NCBI RefSeq assembly: GCF_018350175.1
Contig: NC_058369.1
Span: 23,810,001-23,874,000, forward strand
Length of the DNA: 64,000 nt
DNA from: Felis catus
Taxonomy: Eukaryota
Reading direction: 5' to 3'
The notes below the pieces were generated by a model. The model did no database searches, had not been told where the DNA came from, and was given only the letters and a program-made list of their open reading frames with translations. Shown piece by piece: positions 36,689 through 48,470 of this stretch; the stretch's first letter is position 1, and each line of letters opens with the position of its first letter. A program made the position numbers and the translations under genes.

Positions 36689-36785
36689 AATTAATAATAA
36701 AACATTAAAGAAAAATAATGAGTTCAGAGCACATAGCACAATGGCTGGCACATGGTTAAGCCTCTGCTTGCAATTATGGTGATTG
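36310..36785 (+). mobile_element. MIR split by a SINE
   Basis: 'gacctgagtttgaattc...ctatgtgacttgagcaagcaacttaacctctctgagactcagttt'; resumes 'agcacatagcacaatggctggcacatggt'. Confidence 0.88.
36494..36710 (+). mobile_element. Feline CanSINE (SINEC_Fc)
   Basis: Body, (CT)n and tail; TSD aaaaataatg at 36483-36492 and 36711-36720. Confidence 0.96.
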
Positions 36786-36894
36786 TATTTTATACCTAAG
36801 ATTCTATTTTACAAATTACTTAAAAAAGCACCCTTCTTCAAGATACTTGACTGCCTTCTGATAAAAATACTTCTGCAAATCTACAATGACTATG

Positions 36895-36960
36895 CAATGA
36901 ATGGTGCCCCCAGAGTTGTGTAATGGGCAACTTGCGCGACACCATAAGCATTGGCATTGC
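36895..36960 (-). mobile_element. MER91-like hAT fragment
   Basis: 'tgaatggtgcccccagagttgtgtaatgggcaacttgcgcgac'. Confidence 0.55.
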
Positions 36961-37539
36961 AAATGATAACTCCTCAATAATCAGTAACTAATACTTTATC
37001 AGTAAGAATAAAAATACCATTACCAAAGAACTCCATGAGGAATCTTTCAGATAGCACTGAAGCAGGTTATACATGAGTTCCCAGGCCCCCGGGAAGTGTG
37101 CAGAGCTCATGGGTGGAGGATTTGGGAGGGGTAGTGTGTGGAGGGCATTGGAAGGTTGTCAGGCAACAGTCTCAGCAGGAGACAGGCAAGCAGAATTCTC
37201 AGGTCAAGCCCAAGAGGCAAGCCTCATCAGTCAGGGGCAAGTTGAAGGTCTGACAGCCAGAAGGTCATCCAGAGCACAGACTACCTCCCGGAACTGCACT
37301 GGGAGCATATGGGGGCAATAATACATGTGAGAGAAAATGCCCGTGAACCGCACAGAACACCGAAGGAGTTATACTAGCTGCCACTCACCCATCTCCTCTC
37401 CTCTCTGGGAGAACGAAGCCCTTGTTCTCCCAACAGCCTTGGGAAGTCTTACATTTTCAGAGGACCTTATAAAAAAATCACTTTATTGGCTTGTTCGATT
37501 GTTTACTAATTACAATTTTAAGACAATATTTTTTAAAGA

Positions 37540-38540
37540 TGACAATTTCACTCAAAAAACGGGCCAAGGATACAAATGGGCAATTCTCAAGACAAAAATG
37601 ACCAATGAACAAAAGGAAATAAACTAAATCTAAGAGAAAAAATTTAAAACTGAGACGATTTCCCACTCATCAGACTGGGGAAAAGAGGCTGATAATATCC
37701 AAAGCTGGTAAGATTATGAGGAAATGGATGCTTTCCTCATGGGTTTATAGGGTCCTGTCAAACATTGTGGAAGCCAATCTGGAAGGCTTTATTAAAATTT
37801 AAAGAGGGTATACCCTCTGACTCAGAAGTCACACTTCGAGAAGTTGATTCTGCAGAAATAAAAGCACAGGAAGAGACAGCAGTTTATGCAGTATGTTTGC
37901 TGCAGTCTTCTTGGTAGCACCAACCCACCCCCCACTCAAAACAAAACATAACTAGAAACAACCTGTTGCCCATCAGAATACAGTTTTTCTTTTTCCTTTC
38001 TTGTTTTTAAAGTTTATTTATTTTGAGAGAGAAAGCAGAAGGGGCAGAGAGAGAGAGAGAGAGAGAGAGAGAATCCCAGGTAGGCTCCGCACTGTTAGCG
38101 CAGAGCCCAACACAACCCAGAAACCATGAGATCATGACCCGAGCCAAAACTGAGAGTCAGATGCTTAACCGTCTGAGCCACTCAGGTGCCCCTAACTATG
38201 GCTTTTCTATGTTGTGAACAATAGAACAATGTAGTGAACAATGCAAATGGTGTATTAAACACAGAAGATAGATTTATTTATACTGACCTGCGAGGATGCG
38301 CTTGATATAGTATTAAACAAACTGCAATGACCCCAAAATGCAAATTGCAGGCCACAATTCTACAACATTTACATACATATGCATGTATCCATGTAAATAG
38401 GAATATGTGTTATAAGCTCAGGGGAAAAAATAGGAAGGACATACACCAAACTGTCAACATCTGGGGGGTGTGATGAAACTGCCAAAAGTAAGTGGATGCA
38501 GAACACTGACTTCCTACTTTGCATCGTTAAGCGGTAGCAT
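37540..38540 (+). mobile_element. Ancient L1 (L1MC/L1ME-like) ORF2 end and 3' UTR, split by a SINE
   Basis: 'aaaaacgggccaaggatacaaatgggcaattc', 'tgataatatccaaagctggtaagga', 'gaaggacatacaccaaactgtcaaca'. Confidence 0.85.
37985..38192 (-). mobile_element. CanSINE (SINEC_Fc2-like)
   Basis: 'gagaatcccagg...gagatcatgacccgagccaaaactgagagtcagatgcttaaccgtctgagccactcaggtgcccc'. Confidence 0.95.
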
Positions 38541-39039
38541 TGTGGTTGATTTTCACGTGCACATAATTAATTCTAGAGTAGTTGGGAAACATGAACAAGA
38601 ATGTTTTTTTCATTATCTCACGTATGACCTCACAGTTCCATCTTTGTGGGACCCAGCACTGTGAGTGGGAGGGGGAGTCTCTGGTACAGAAAGCTTAGTA
38701 GAGAGTTCGCAGACACCAAGGCTGGAATGGCACCCCAAAGCTGGTTCAAATTAATCAGAATCGAGTTTGCACCCTTTGTTTTCCAGGTGCGGACATGAAG
38801 ACCCAGAGCGCAAGCAGGGCCTGGAAGATGTTGTTACTCACACAGGCCAGGAGCTATTTACAAAGAGAATGAGCACTCAAAACATAAGCATGTGTGTGGT
38901 TCTGTTTGAAAAAGCAACCGAGCAAGGCCCAAACCAAACATCCACGACAGGAAATAAGCACAAGTCTTGGGGCCCAGGGGTCTCTCCAGCCAAGTTCACT
39001 GCCCACCACTGACTTCTTTCTCTTTCCCAGACCCTCTTA

Positions 39040-39230
39040 TCAAGCATCTTATCTCCATTACCTTCATCCTTACCACACCCTGTGAGGCAAGTCTGATTTA
39101 TCCCACTTTACGAACCAGGAAACGGAGGCTCAGAAAACTCAGTTGCATGAGGTCACACAATGTGCAAGTGGCTGAGGCAGATTTTAAACCCAATCATGTC
39201 TGTCTAATGCTCTGACACATAGCTCTTAAA
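39040..39230 (-). mobile_element. MIR
   Basis: 'tatcccactttacgaaccaggaaacggaggctcagaaa...aggtcacaca'. Confidence 0.85.
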
Positions 39231-39930
39231 GAAAAACAACTTCCCTGTCTCAAAAGGCTTTTTGTAAGAAACATTTGTGGAAAAGAGCAGTGCCCCCAAA
39301 ATGCCAGCCAAAAGTGGGATTTGTGATGGACATCGTTTCAATCATGCCAGGCTGTATGCCAAAGGATAGCTGGTGAGAGTTTCCTGGGCTGTTCCAATGT
39401 GCGGGCAGGGCAGGAAGTTGGCATTCTATGTGACCTAGAGAAATGGGAAGGGCTACCAGACCAGATGCAGCCTTCCTGGAGCAAAGAGAACAAAAGCCGC
39501 TCTTGCTGACTCAGTAGCTCAGGCCACTGCGGGCATGTCCCCAAGCCCAGGCACAAGCTTTGCTCATTCCATTTTTCTCATCTGTTGAAAAGTACATGAT
39601 CAGTAAGCTTTTGTTTTGAAAATAAACACCCTCTTGGATTCCACACTCTCTAGGCCAATCCCTTCAGCCTTTATTGATGATTCCATCTCCTCCATCTGCC
39701 CTCTCCTTCTGAAGAGATATTTTTCTTTTAGTCTTTTGGGATTTGGCTGACAATTGATTTCTTCATGGTGGTGGAGTCCTGGGGAAAGGTAGAGAAAGAT
39801 CTTATTTGTGTGTGTGTGATGGGGGGAGGGTAGAAAGAGTGGGTTGAGAAGGAGGCTCTGCTTCTTTATTTAGAACCATTTTCACCTCTCTTTGCCTTTG
39901 TGGAACCTTAGCTTCTTTTCTGTAATGACA

Positions 39931-39932
<2 letters not shown>

Positions 39933-39982
<50 letters not shown>

Positions 39983-40070
39983 ATATATATATACACACAC
40001 ATATATATATACATATATACATATATATGTGTGTGTATATATATATGTACACACACACATATATACATAC

Positions 40071-40134
<64 letters not shown>
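39933..40134. repeat. Compound microsatellite (GT)24 + mixed AT/AC/GT + (AT)27
   Basis: Direct read; 202 bp of unbroken purine/pyrimidine alternation. Confidence 0.98.
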
Positions 40135-40137
<3 letters not shown>

Positions 40138-41339
40138 ACAGCAAGAATGAAAGATGACCTTGGACCAGATTACTGAAGAGATAGGAGCTAATTTTCTATA
40201 AGCCAAACCAATAGATGTCAACATGAAAGTAGTTAAATCTCAGCAATTCTCGAAAGCCTCCACCCAGCTCTGCTGAAAGTATTTTGTTTCACCTGCCTAC
40301 CAGTAGTAGCTGACATTCTATTATTAGTCATTCTTGGGGCATTTTGCTTGTTAAAATGCACATCAAAATAACAGCCCCTCATATTTGAACAGGGTGATGG
40401 GATGTTTGAAGATCTTTCATATCTTCATCCATTAACCTAGTCAAATAAATTCTACAAGCCCCTACTGTAGGCCAGGTGCTAGATAACATGCTGCTGTTGC
40501 AATGGCAGGCAAGAATGACATGACATTCTGTGCTATAGAAGGGCATAATAGCAGGTAAATCAACTAGACCTGGAACCACATGCCATGCCTTTGACTCCTG
40601 ATTCTGCATTCCTTCCATTTGACTACCTGTCACACTAATTCCTGGGTGGAATGAGGCATTACACCTTTGCAATCTTCCTTACCTTGGTGCAAATCAGTCC
40701 CTTGGTTCATTTCTATGTGATAATCATCTGGGGGCAGGGCTGGGCATGGGAAGAGGCAAAGGGAGGACCCCACTGTGAAGAGTGGGAGCATCAAGGGCCA
40801 CCCTTGGGATTCCAGGATTCTTACAGTCCACAGAAGATCCCAGGGACAGAAACCAGGGTGAGAACAGGATGGTAAGATCCAGAATCACACAACTCCTCCC
40901 CTCCATGGGGCTCCTTGGCAAGTTTTTAATTACCACCGGTTGACTTCTTGTTCTACTTCAGACAGTGTTACTTTTTAAACTCTCTCCCCAGAAATTCATG
41001 CCTGTAAACATCTCTCACTCTCTTCGAGACCTTACCTTAAGAGAAAGTCAAGGTCATTCAACAGATATGTCACAGGTTATACTTTTTCTCACCTAGTGAT
41101 ATCCCCTGTCTGCTCACGGGGGATGTGGCAGGTGGTTTTATGGACCAGTGAACTCCTGCTCCTACCTCTCCCATTCCCTGCAGGACAAAATACCTGAATC
41201 CTCCCGCTTTTACATCTTCATGCTCAGCTTCTTCTGGCTCCCTCCTCTTGGGTCTACAAATAGGCCTGATTCTCTCCTACCTAAAAAAAAGTCTTTCCAC
41301 TGTGCAACGTCCTCTGTGTTTCTTCCATTTCTATGGTCT

Positions 41340-41770
41340 CCACCTCCTTATCTCTAAGATATTCCTTTACTTTTCTTCTTTCACCATCCCAGTGATTTTG
41401 TGTCCAATGCCAACTTCCAGTGTCAAAAGAAATGGTTTTGCCCAGCCTTCCTCATCCTCACCATTTCTCTGATATTAAAACATATGTTCCTTTTCCCTCA
41501 ACCTGGAACTGTCCCTACTCTCTGCTCCTGTGACACTACACTCATATTCTGTCCCAATCTCACTATAGGCCCTTCATCCTCCTGCACCACCTTCTCTGAG
41601 TTCCACACTCAGGTATCCAAATGACCACAGAAAGAGAAGTTGGCAAAGAGATGACAGAGAAATGTTCAAGGAGACTGAAAAAGAACTCCAAAATATCCAA
41701 TGTCACAGAAGCCAAGGAACGAGCTTAGGAAGGAGATGGATACCAACAGGATCAAATCACTCAGAGTAAC
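41340..41770. mobile_element. Adjacent L2 fragments in opposite orientation (+ to ~41625, - after)
   Basis: 'ctgctcctgtgacactacactc' (+); 'tgtcacagaagccaagg' (-). Confidence 0.55.
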
Positions 41771-42018
41771 ATTTCTTGTTTTTTTCTAAGACAAATCCAG
41801 GTCTGAAAACAGAACTGCATGAACGAACTAGGCTTTTGTGGTTTGCTGTCTATAATAGAATTTTATTAAGAAAGGACCTCCTGGTGACAGAAAGTGCCCA
41901 CGTAGAAGCTGGGGGAATACGGGTCAAGTAGTAATAGATAATTCTGCCTTTTCACAGATTCTTTCATTATGTGATATCTTCTTTCAGCCTTTCTCAGGGG
42001 ACTCAGAACATCCAGTTA

Positions 42019-42075
42019 TCACCACCACCACCACCATCACCACCATCATTAACATCCTTACCACTACCACCATCT
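42019..42075. repeat. Imperfect (CAC/CAT)n trinucleotide repeat
   Basis: Direct read; adjoins the tail of a minus-strand MIR. Confidence 0.85.
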
Positions 42076-42109
42076 TTATGACTATTCTCCCCACCACAAT
42101 TAGTATCAT

Positions 42110-42350
42110 CATTATCAAATGTCACTTAACGGTCCCTTACTATATACACCAAGTTCTGCGCTGAGGACTTCACATATATTCTCTTATTTAAGGATCATAT
42201 GAATTGTGAAAAGTCAGTTATTGATATTTCAGTTTTATAGATGAGAAATCCAAAGCTCAGAAAGGTTCAGTAATTCATCCATGATTACACAGTTAGCATG
42301 TCCTAGGAGGAGAATTTAAATGCTAATCTGCCTGACTCATGCCAGGCTCC
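42110..42350 (-). mobile_element. MIR
   Basis: 'ttttatagatgagaaatccaaagctcagaaaggttcagtaatt'. Confidence 0.85.
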
Positions 42351-43579
42351 CTCTCTTGAAATGTGAGAGAAGATAAACCTGCCAATGTCATATTCAACAA
42401 GCTAATGCAGAAGAGGGAGTTCTTTTAAAAAATAAGCAAGAAACTTTGCCATAAGTTGCAAACATGTTGATTCCAGGAAAGTTAACATTCTCAAGCCCTG
42501 GTCATATTAAGACAAGACTGTCTTTCAGCACGCACATTTTCCAGCTTGTTAAATGGAGATGACTCTACATTTGTTCCTAGAGTTTGGCATCTTCTGCAAA
42601 AAAAATTTTGAAAATCTAATGCAATGATCAGAAGATAAAAGCTCTCTCCTTTCTTATTTGCTTAGAAGGACCCGGCAGTTTAAAATGTTTTCTCTACTAA
42701 TATACACAAGAGAGTTTATTAATCTAAAATCAAGATATCTGTTTAAATGTAGAGCAAAGGATTGAGGTCAAAAAGACATAGATATAATTTGCTTATCTTT
42801 AACAGGATACATTGAAACTAAATAGTGGTTTAATAGCATCTTTCCAACATTGTGTCTCCTAATGGACTTTGCAGGATTATTTTACATTGAAATTTTTCCT
42901 GTCCAATCCCAAAGTTCTTCAAAGACTCTATTCCCATCCCTTACCCTTTTCTGAAATGGCAGGAGAAGGAGAGGGGGAGGTGAAAAAGCCCTCTTGCAAA
43001 TCCTTTTCCAAAAATCTTTGGCTGAACAAAGACTTTCCCATTTAAGAGCAGGTGACAGTAAGATCTCTCCCATAGGCAGCACATTAAGACTCTCTGCAGA
43101 AGTAAACAAATCCGTTATGATGAAAGCCGGACATTCCTCAGGACTGGGATCTAATGAAAATGTCAGTGTTTTATGCAGTTTAAAAACTGACAATTCAACA
43201 GTTTTACAGGAGCTATTTAACGTTTATCATCACTTACAAGAGCTCAAATGCAGACAAGGAGAAGGGCAACAGAAGAAACCAAGTGACTCCTTGCTTAGAA
43301 GCTGCTATGTTACCCATAACCCATGAGGGTTTTACAGTTTGTCAAGTACCAGAACCCTCAGGCAATACGGCACAGGTCTTGGCAAAGGCAAGCTGGAAAT
43401 CCACACTCGAAGATATAATCATCACAGTGACCATGCTCTGCACTTTCATTTACACCCTTCCCCATTAAAGACCTGGCCACTGGGGAGTCAGGATACCAGA
43501 GAAAGCTGTTAAACCAATACAATGTAACGCATTAAGAATCTCTGAATGTTTGCCAAATTCTTCTTTAGATACTATCCAA

Positions 43580-44240
43580 ACCACTAAGAGAAGAGAAATA
43601 GAATATGTAACTTCAAAACCAGTAGAGGATAAAGTAAAAAGAAATAAAGAAAGCACAGTCAATTCAAATTGGGCAGTAAAGGAGAAAAAAAGGAAGCAAA
43701 GAGGAAAAAAAAAACCCCACCTGTGATAACAGAACAAGAAACAAAATAAGAAGACAAATCTTTAGTCGCAATAAATATAAATAGCTTAAATTCACCCATT
43801 GAAAGACAGAGATGCTAGATTTAAAAATAAAAACCAGCTTTATGTTGCTTATAAAATGGACCAGTGACACACAAAAGCTGAAAATAAAAGGATAGGAAAG
43901 GCATACACTCACACAAATTAACCAAAATAACGCTGCTATAGCAATATTATCAGACAAAATAAAATTTAAAGATAAAAGCATTAATAGTGATAAATGGAGA
44001 TACTAATGGTAACAAGAACAACCCATCAGGAAGCTATAATATTAGATAAAGAAATTGAATACAGATAAGAGCATAGCCTAGAAATAGAGAAAACAAAAAC
44101 TGACAGAATTACTAACAGAAATGACCAAATCCATAATCATCGTATTTGAATGCTTCTCTCCCAGAAACTGAACAGTTAAACAGCTAAAACATTAATAGGA
44201 ATATACAAGATTTCAGTTTCATAATTTAAAGCTTCATCTA
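43580..44240 (+). mobile_element. Ancient L1 fragment covering the ORF2 endonuclease N-terminus (dead)
   Basis: Degenerate translation 'VAININSLNSPIERQR...ALCCL...KLKIKG...IAILSDKIKFK' resembles L1 EN 'NVNGLNSPIKR..ICCLQETH..GVAILISDK.DFK'; stops and frameshifts present. Confidence 0.9.
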
Positions 44241-44289
44241 AGCCACTGAAAAGTCTCCAAGAATCTTAAGAAGTGATATCACATGCTTG

Positions 44290-44660
44290 ACATCTGAACT
44301 TCTCCATGGAAAAAATACTGACATCTTAGAACATTACACATCAAGGCTATTTCACCCAATTCTTTGCCTAGAAAAATTTTCTCATTTTCCAAGGCTTTTC
44401 TTGCTGTCACCTCCTCAGAGAAGCCCTCTCTGATTACCTTAGGTGGAGTAGCACCTTCCACCCCCTGTCACTCTATTATATCGCTCTGTTGTATTTTCTT
44501 TGTGTAATTAACTGGTGTTGGAGATCACTCTGTTGTTTGTTTACTGGCTTACTATCTCTTCTCACCCCACCCTAGCCCCCAACTAAAATGGAGTACATTT
44601 GCAATCTCTTGCTTCTGGAATGGAGACTGATACATAGTAGGCACTCAGTAAACACAGACT
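44290..44660 (+). mobile_element. L2 3' end
   Basis: 'tgtcacctcctcagagaagccctctctgattacc', 'acatagtaggcactcagtaaa'. Confidence 0.85.
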
Positions 44661-45199
44661 GCCCTGGTGGCCTGCAACACTCACAGCCTCTCCTAGAGTA
44701 CAGATCTCTCCTCTAGAACAGATCGCATTACATTAGGATTATTTGTATGTTTGTTTCAGTAAGAGACAGCGAGCTTGTCATCATATCTGTGTATATAATA
44801 GGCGCCAAATAAATGGTCGCTGAATAACCTATCACCTCCCTTGTGTGCCAGAAGAAGTCTGAACCCTTGAGAAGCCAAGTGACCTGCTTAGAGCCACATG
44901 TTGTTAATGGAAGTGCCTGATTCTTGACTGTGAGCATCACTCTGATCCCCTTCAAGTCACTTCTGTATCACACCCTATCGTGTGTGGAGGCTGCAAATGA
45001 GGACAGAGGAGATAACCTGGAAATACCTTTTTCAACAAACTTGGTGTTTCTGTTATTATTATACAGACACTATCCATTGCCAATTCTATTAAAATGGACT
45101 CAAATCACTTCTTATAATAACTGCATGTCTCTACAAAGACTGAATTTTCCAGTTTAACAAGGGATAGCTTATTGACTCAAAATCAGCAGTGTTGGCTGT

Positions 45200-45385
45200 A
45201 TTATTAGCCCAACAGTTTGTGTGACCTTGGACAAGTCACTTAGTGGGCCTAAGCCTCAGTTTCCATATCTATGAAATGGTCATAATATCAGTACTTAAAA
45301 TCAGAGGTTATTATGAAGACTAATTAAATTACTCCAACAGAGCACTGAATATATAGTATGTGTCCCAGCATACTTAATAAATGTT
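45200..45385 (+). mobile_element. MIR
   Basis: 'tgtgtgaccttggacaagtcactta...gcctcagtttccatatctatgaaatgg'. Confidence 0.9.
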
Positions 45386-46160
45386 GCTAAGCTTTCAGAC
45401 CCTTGCATAGTCAACTTGATTACTTTGCATTAATTGTTCAAGAGTTTTGCTCAAGAAACTGGCTTTTGATAATCTGCCTTCAGGAGCTCTTTCAGAAATG
45501 CGACATTGTTACAGAATGAGTCTTAAGGTTCCTTTGAATCTGACTAAATTCATTCCTTGTTGTCGTTGCTAGTTGTTAGAGCAGAGCTAGAAAACTCCTG
45601 GCTGATGCCACATGTATTGGTTGAACGGCCTTTTTAGTGAAGATTTCAGGAAGATGAGGCTGCTGGAGGGGTAGCCAAGGTGACAGCATTGATTAACAAA
45701 GGGGCATATTGTCTGGCACATTCTTCTCCGACCTAACGCTCCTCCTGGCTCAGAAGGAACTATTCTAGAATGGAAAATTTCCACCATAAACATCTGTTTG
45801 CCAGATCTTCTCCAACATTGTAGCCACTGGGAAAAGCCATCAGACATTAAGGATTTTCCTTCAGATTGGGAGCTACTTGACAAAGGGCACAACCGAACTT
45901 CAAATTTATCATGGAAGACAGGGGCTGCATAATTTAGATGAGCACTCCTTTTAAAGATAAAAAATGTTGCACAGCCTTCCTCTTCAGTGATTTTATTTCT
46001 CTTATTTTTTGATTCAGAAAAACACCTGGCAACAAAAAGCTACTAGGAATTCAGTAAATTTGTAAGTGAATTATTATTTTAGAAGTCACAATAGTATCTA
46101 TATATGTCAGAAACTGTCACATATATATTTAGAGGGCATTCTATTCTGGTCCAGGGTTGA

Positions 46161-46163
<3 letters not shown>

Positions 46164-46211
<48 letters not shown>
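46164..46211. repeat. (GT)24 microsatellite
   Basis: Direct read. Confidence 0.98.
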
Positions 46212-46214
<3 letters not shown>

Positions 46215-46295
46215 GTTGAGGACTCCCAAGGGGCTTTAGTCCATAGGTACACTGTATTTCACTGATATAAAATGTAGACTTTGTTCCCTTTAAAC

Positions 46296-46513
46296 CAGGG
46301 TTTTTAAACATCAGCACTATTGATATTTTGGGCAGGACAAGTCTTTGTTGTCGAGGTTATTCGGTGCATAGTGGGCCTCTACCCATTAGATGCCAATAGC
46401 ACTCTCCTCACATACAACCTGAGTTTGTGATCACTAAAAATGTCTCTGGACATTGCCAAATGTCCACGGGGGGTAGGGATGGGGGCAAAAGTGCCCCCGA
46501 CTGAAAACCACTG
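46296..46513 (-). mobile_element. MER20 hAT MITE, full length
   Basis: Termini caggg...ccactg; 8-bp TSD ctttaaac / gtttcaac. Confidence 0.93.
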
Positions 46514-46699
46514 GTTTCAACTTTCCCCACGTTCTAGCTTTCTCTACTGAAATTTGCTCATTGAGGCAAGCTATTCTGTAGAGGAATAGAACTGAATATG
46601 GGGTAGGTAATTTTTGTGGGAATACTCACACTTAATAGTTATGACATTTGGTTAGGTTGATTACCTACCTAATTATTTATTTTGCACCTCCAAGTCAAT

Positions 46700-46835
46700 C
46701 TTGCAAGTGGAATGTTGGAGACAAAAAGGACACTGAGCTGTTAGGAAACATGAATTCGACTCTCACCTCCACCAGGAAACGGCCATATAACCTTTGGTAA
46801 ATACATCCTTCTCTGGGCCTCAGTTTCCCTATGAG
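46700..46835 (+). mobile_element. MIR fragment
   Basis: 'ttctctgggcctcagtttccct'. Confidence 0.7.
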
Positions 46836-46949
46836 TCGAGAAGCTCATATGGGGCACTGAGGCAGAGGGCCATAGCTAAGATGTAAAATGGAAAGAGAAT
46901 TCTACCACCTACCACCCCATAAAAATGCAATAAGGGACTCACAGCTGAC

Positions 46950-47335
46950 ATTAGAAGCAACTAAGACATGAATCACCATTGTAGAAAATACCGTCAGTGA
47001 AACAAAGCCTCAACTTGCAAGGTTACCCCAGAATGGGGAGATGCAACAAGATGAGGGACATGGGCATTAGATAGTGAAGAACCTGAGGCTAACAGATGCT
47101 CCAGAAGAGAAGGCTAAAACTAAGAAAAGAAGCAATACATTTATGCAGATGGAAAAGGTACACAGCAAGATAAAAGAGCTTAGTAAACACCAGGAATATA
47201 AAGAAAGCAAATACCAGATATAGGTTAGCAAAATTATTGGCTTGTCTACATAAAGAAAAAACAATCCACAAGCATCTAGTAAGAAAATAGCAGGCTGCCT
47301 TTAAGAAGCACACATCGGGCCTGCCTCAGGAACCA
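46950..47335 (+). mobile_element. L1 ORF1 / HAL1 relic
   Basis: 'aacctgaggctaacagatgctccagaagagaag' (NLRLTDAPEEK, like ORF1 NLRLIGVPE) and 'aaagaaaaaacaatccacaagcatctagtaagaaaa' (like KEKILKASREK). Confidence 0.7.
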
Positions 47336-47551
47336 CCAGACATAGAGAGACCTCCCACAGTTATGCACAAGACAAGGCAGCCATCTGTGTCTACCATGTT
47401 CCCCACCCAAGTCCCAGTTTTTGTTGATATACCTGGGATTTCAAACTAAAACATTTTTGTTTTTGGCGTTATAGCCCTTTTGAGAGCCACTTTGGACATG
47501 TGTGCTCTGGCTTTGAATCCATGTTTATGACAGTGGTTTGTGATCCTTAAG

Positions 47552-47782
47552 TTTTTATTTATTTATTTTTGAGAAAGAGAGAGAGAGAGAGAGAGAGAGA
47601 ATGAGGGAGCATGTGCACAAGTGGGGGAAGGGCAGAGAGAGGGGGAGACAGAGGATCTGAAGCAGGCTCTGTGCACACAGCAGAGAGCCTGAGGTGGGGC
47701 TCAAACTTACGAACCGTGAGTTTCATAATCATGACCTGAGCCAAAGGCAGACGCTTAACCGACTGAGCCACCCAGGTGTCCC
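47552..47782 (-). mobile_element. CanSINE (SINEC_Fc-type)
   Basis: Ends 'cgcttaaccgactgagccacccaggtgtccc'; (GA)n and T-tail. Confidence 0.96.
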
Positions 47783-48289
47783 TGTAATGCTCCAAATTAA
47801 TTCAGGAAGGGGATAGGGGCTTATAAAGGTGCTGATGAGAGTAAGCACCTGCCGAGAGAGCAGGTGGTCTGTGCGTGGGTTATGAGCAGGCCTTCCAAAG
47901 CTGCCTGGGTAGACCTGATCCCAGAGCCCCACTTAGCCTGGAGCAAATGAGTCAGAATCCATGAGGTGGGGCCTGGGTGAGTGCCCACTGTGTTCTTATG
48001 AGAAGCTCAGGTTGGGTGGTGATCCACTGACATTGACCTGACAAGGTGGTGCCATGTGGCCTCTGGACAGCTTACTGGAGGGGCAGATCTGGGCGTCATC
48101 CATGCTGCTGCTCACAACTATGAGCCCACCACAAGGCCCTCCACTGCATGTCCTCATCGGGGCTGCACACTGTGCTGACAGGGACCAGGAAGGTAATGTG
48201 AATGACGGATATGAGCCCACTGGAAGCAAGACATCAGTGACCAGTAAACTTGAAAGGGCAGGCTGGGATGAGAGGGGACCGCTGTAGCA

Positions 48290-48470
48290 ATCTGTGGGAA
48301 TATGGCTCTGTGTTGCTGGATCATCTGATTCCCCCCCCCCCCCAGATCCAGAAATCTGGATTATATGTGGTATTTGCAGGTTTGGCGGGGGCGGGGGGGG
48401 GGGACCCTGTGTGGGTCATCCCAACAGCCACCTGAGCAGAATTGGCTTATAGGCTCTGTTTGGGACCCTA
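48290..48470 (+). mobile_element. MER103C-like hAT fragment
   Basis: 'tgttgctggatcatctgatt...agaaatctggattatatgtg...ctgtgtgggtca'. Confidence 0.6.

Noticed and set aside
39802..40176. Six overlapping CV/YI/HT-repeat ORFs
   Set aside because: Translations of a stop-free microsatellite
42882..43326. Opposing 103-aa and 110-aa ORFs in unique DNA
   Set aside because: No recognisable protein and no convincing splice boundaries
43580..44240. Endonuclease-like coding signal as a gene
   Set aside because: Multiple stops and frameshifts; dead L1 fragment
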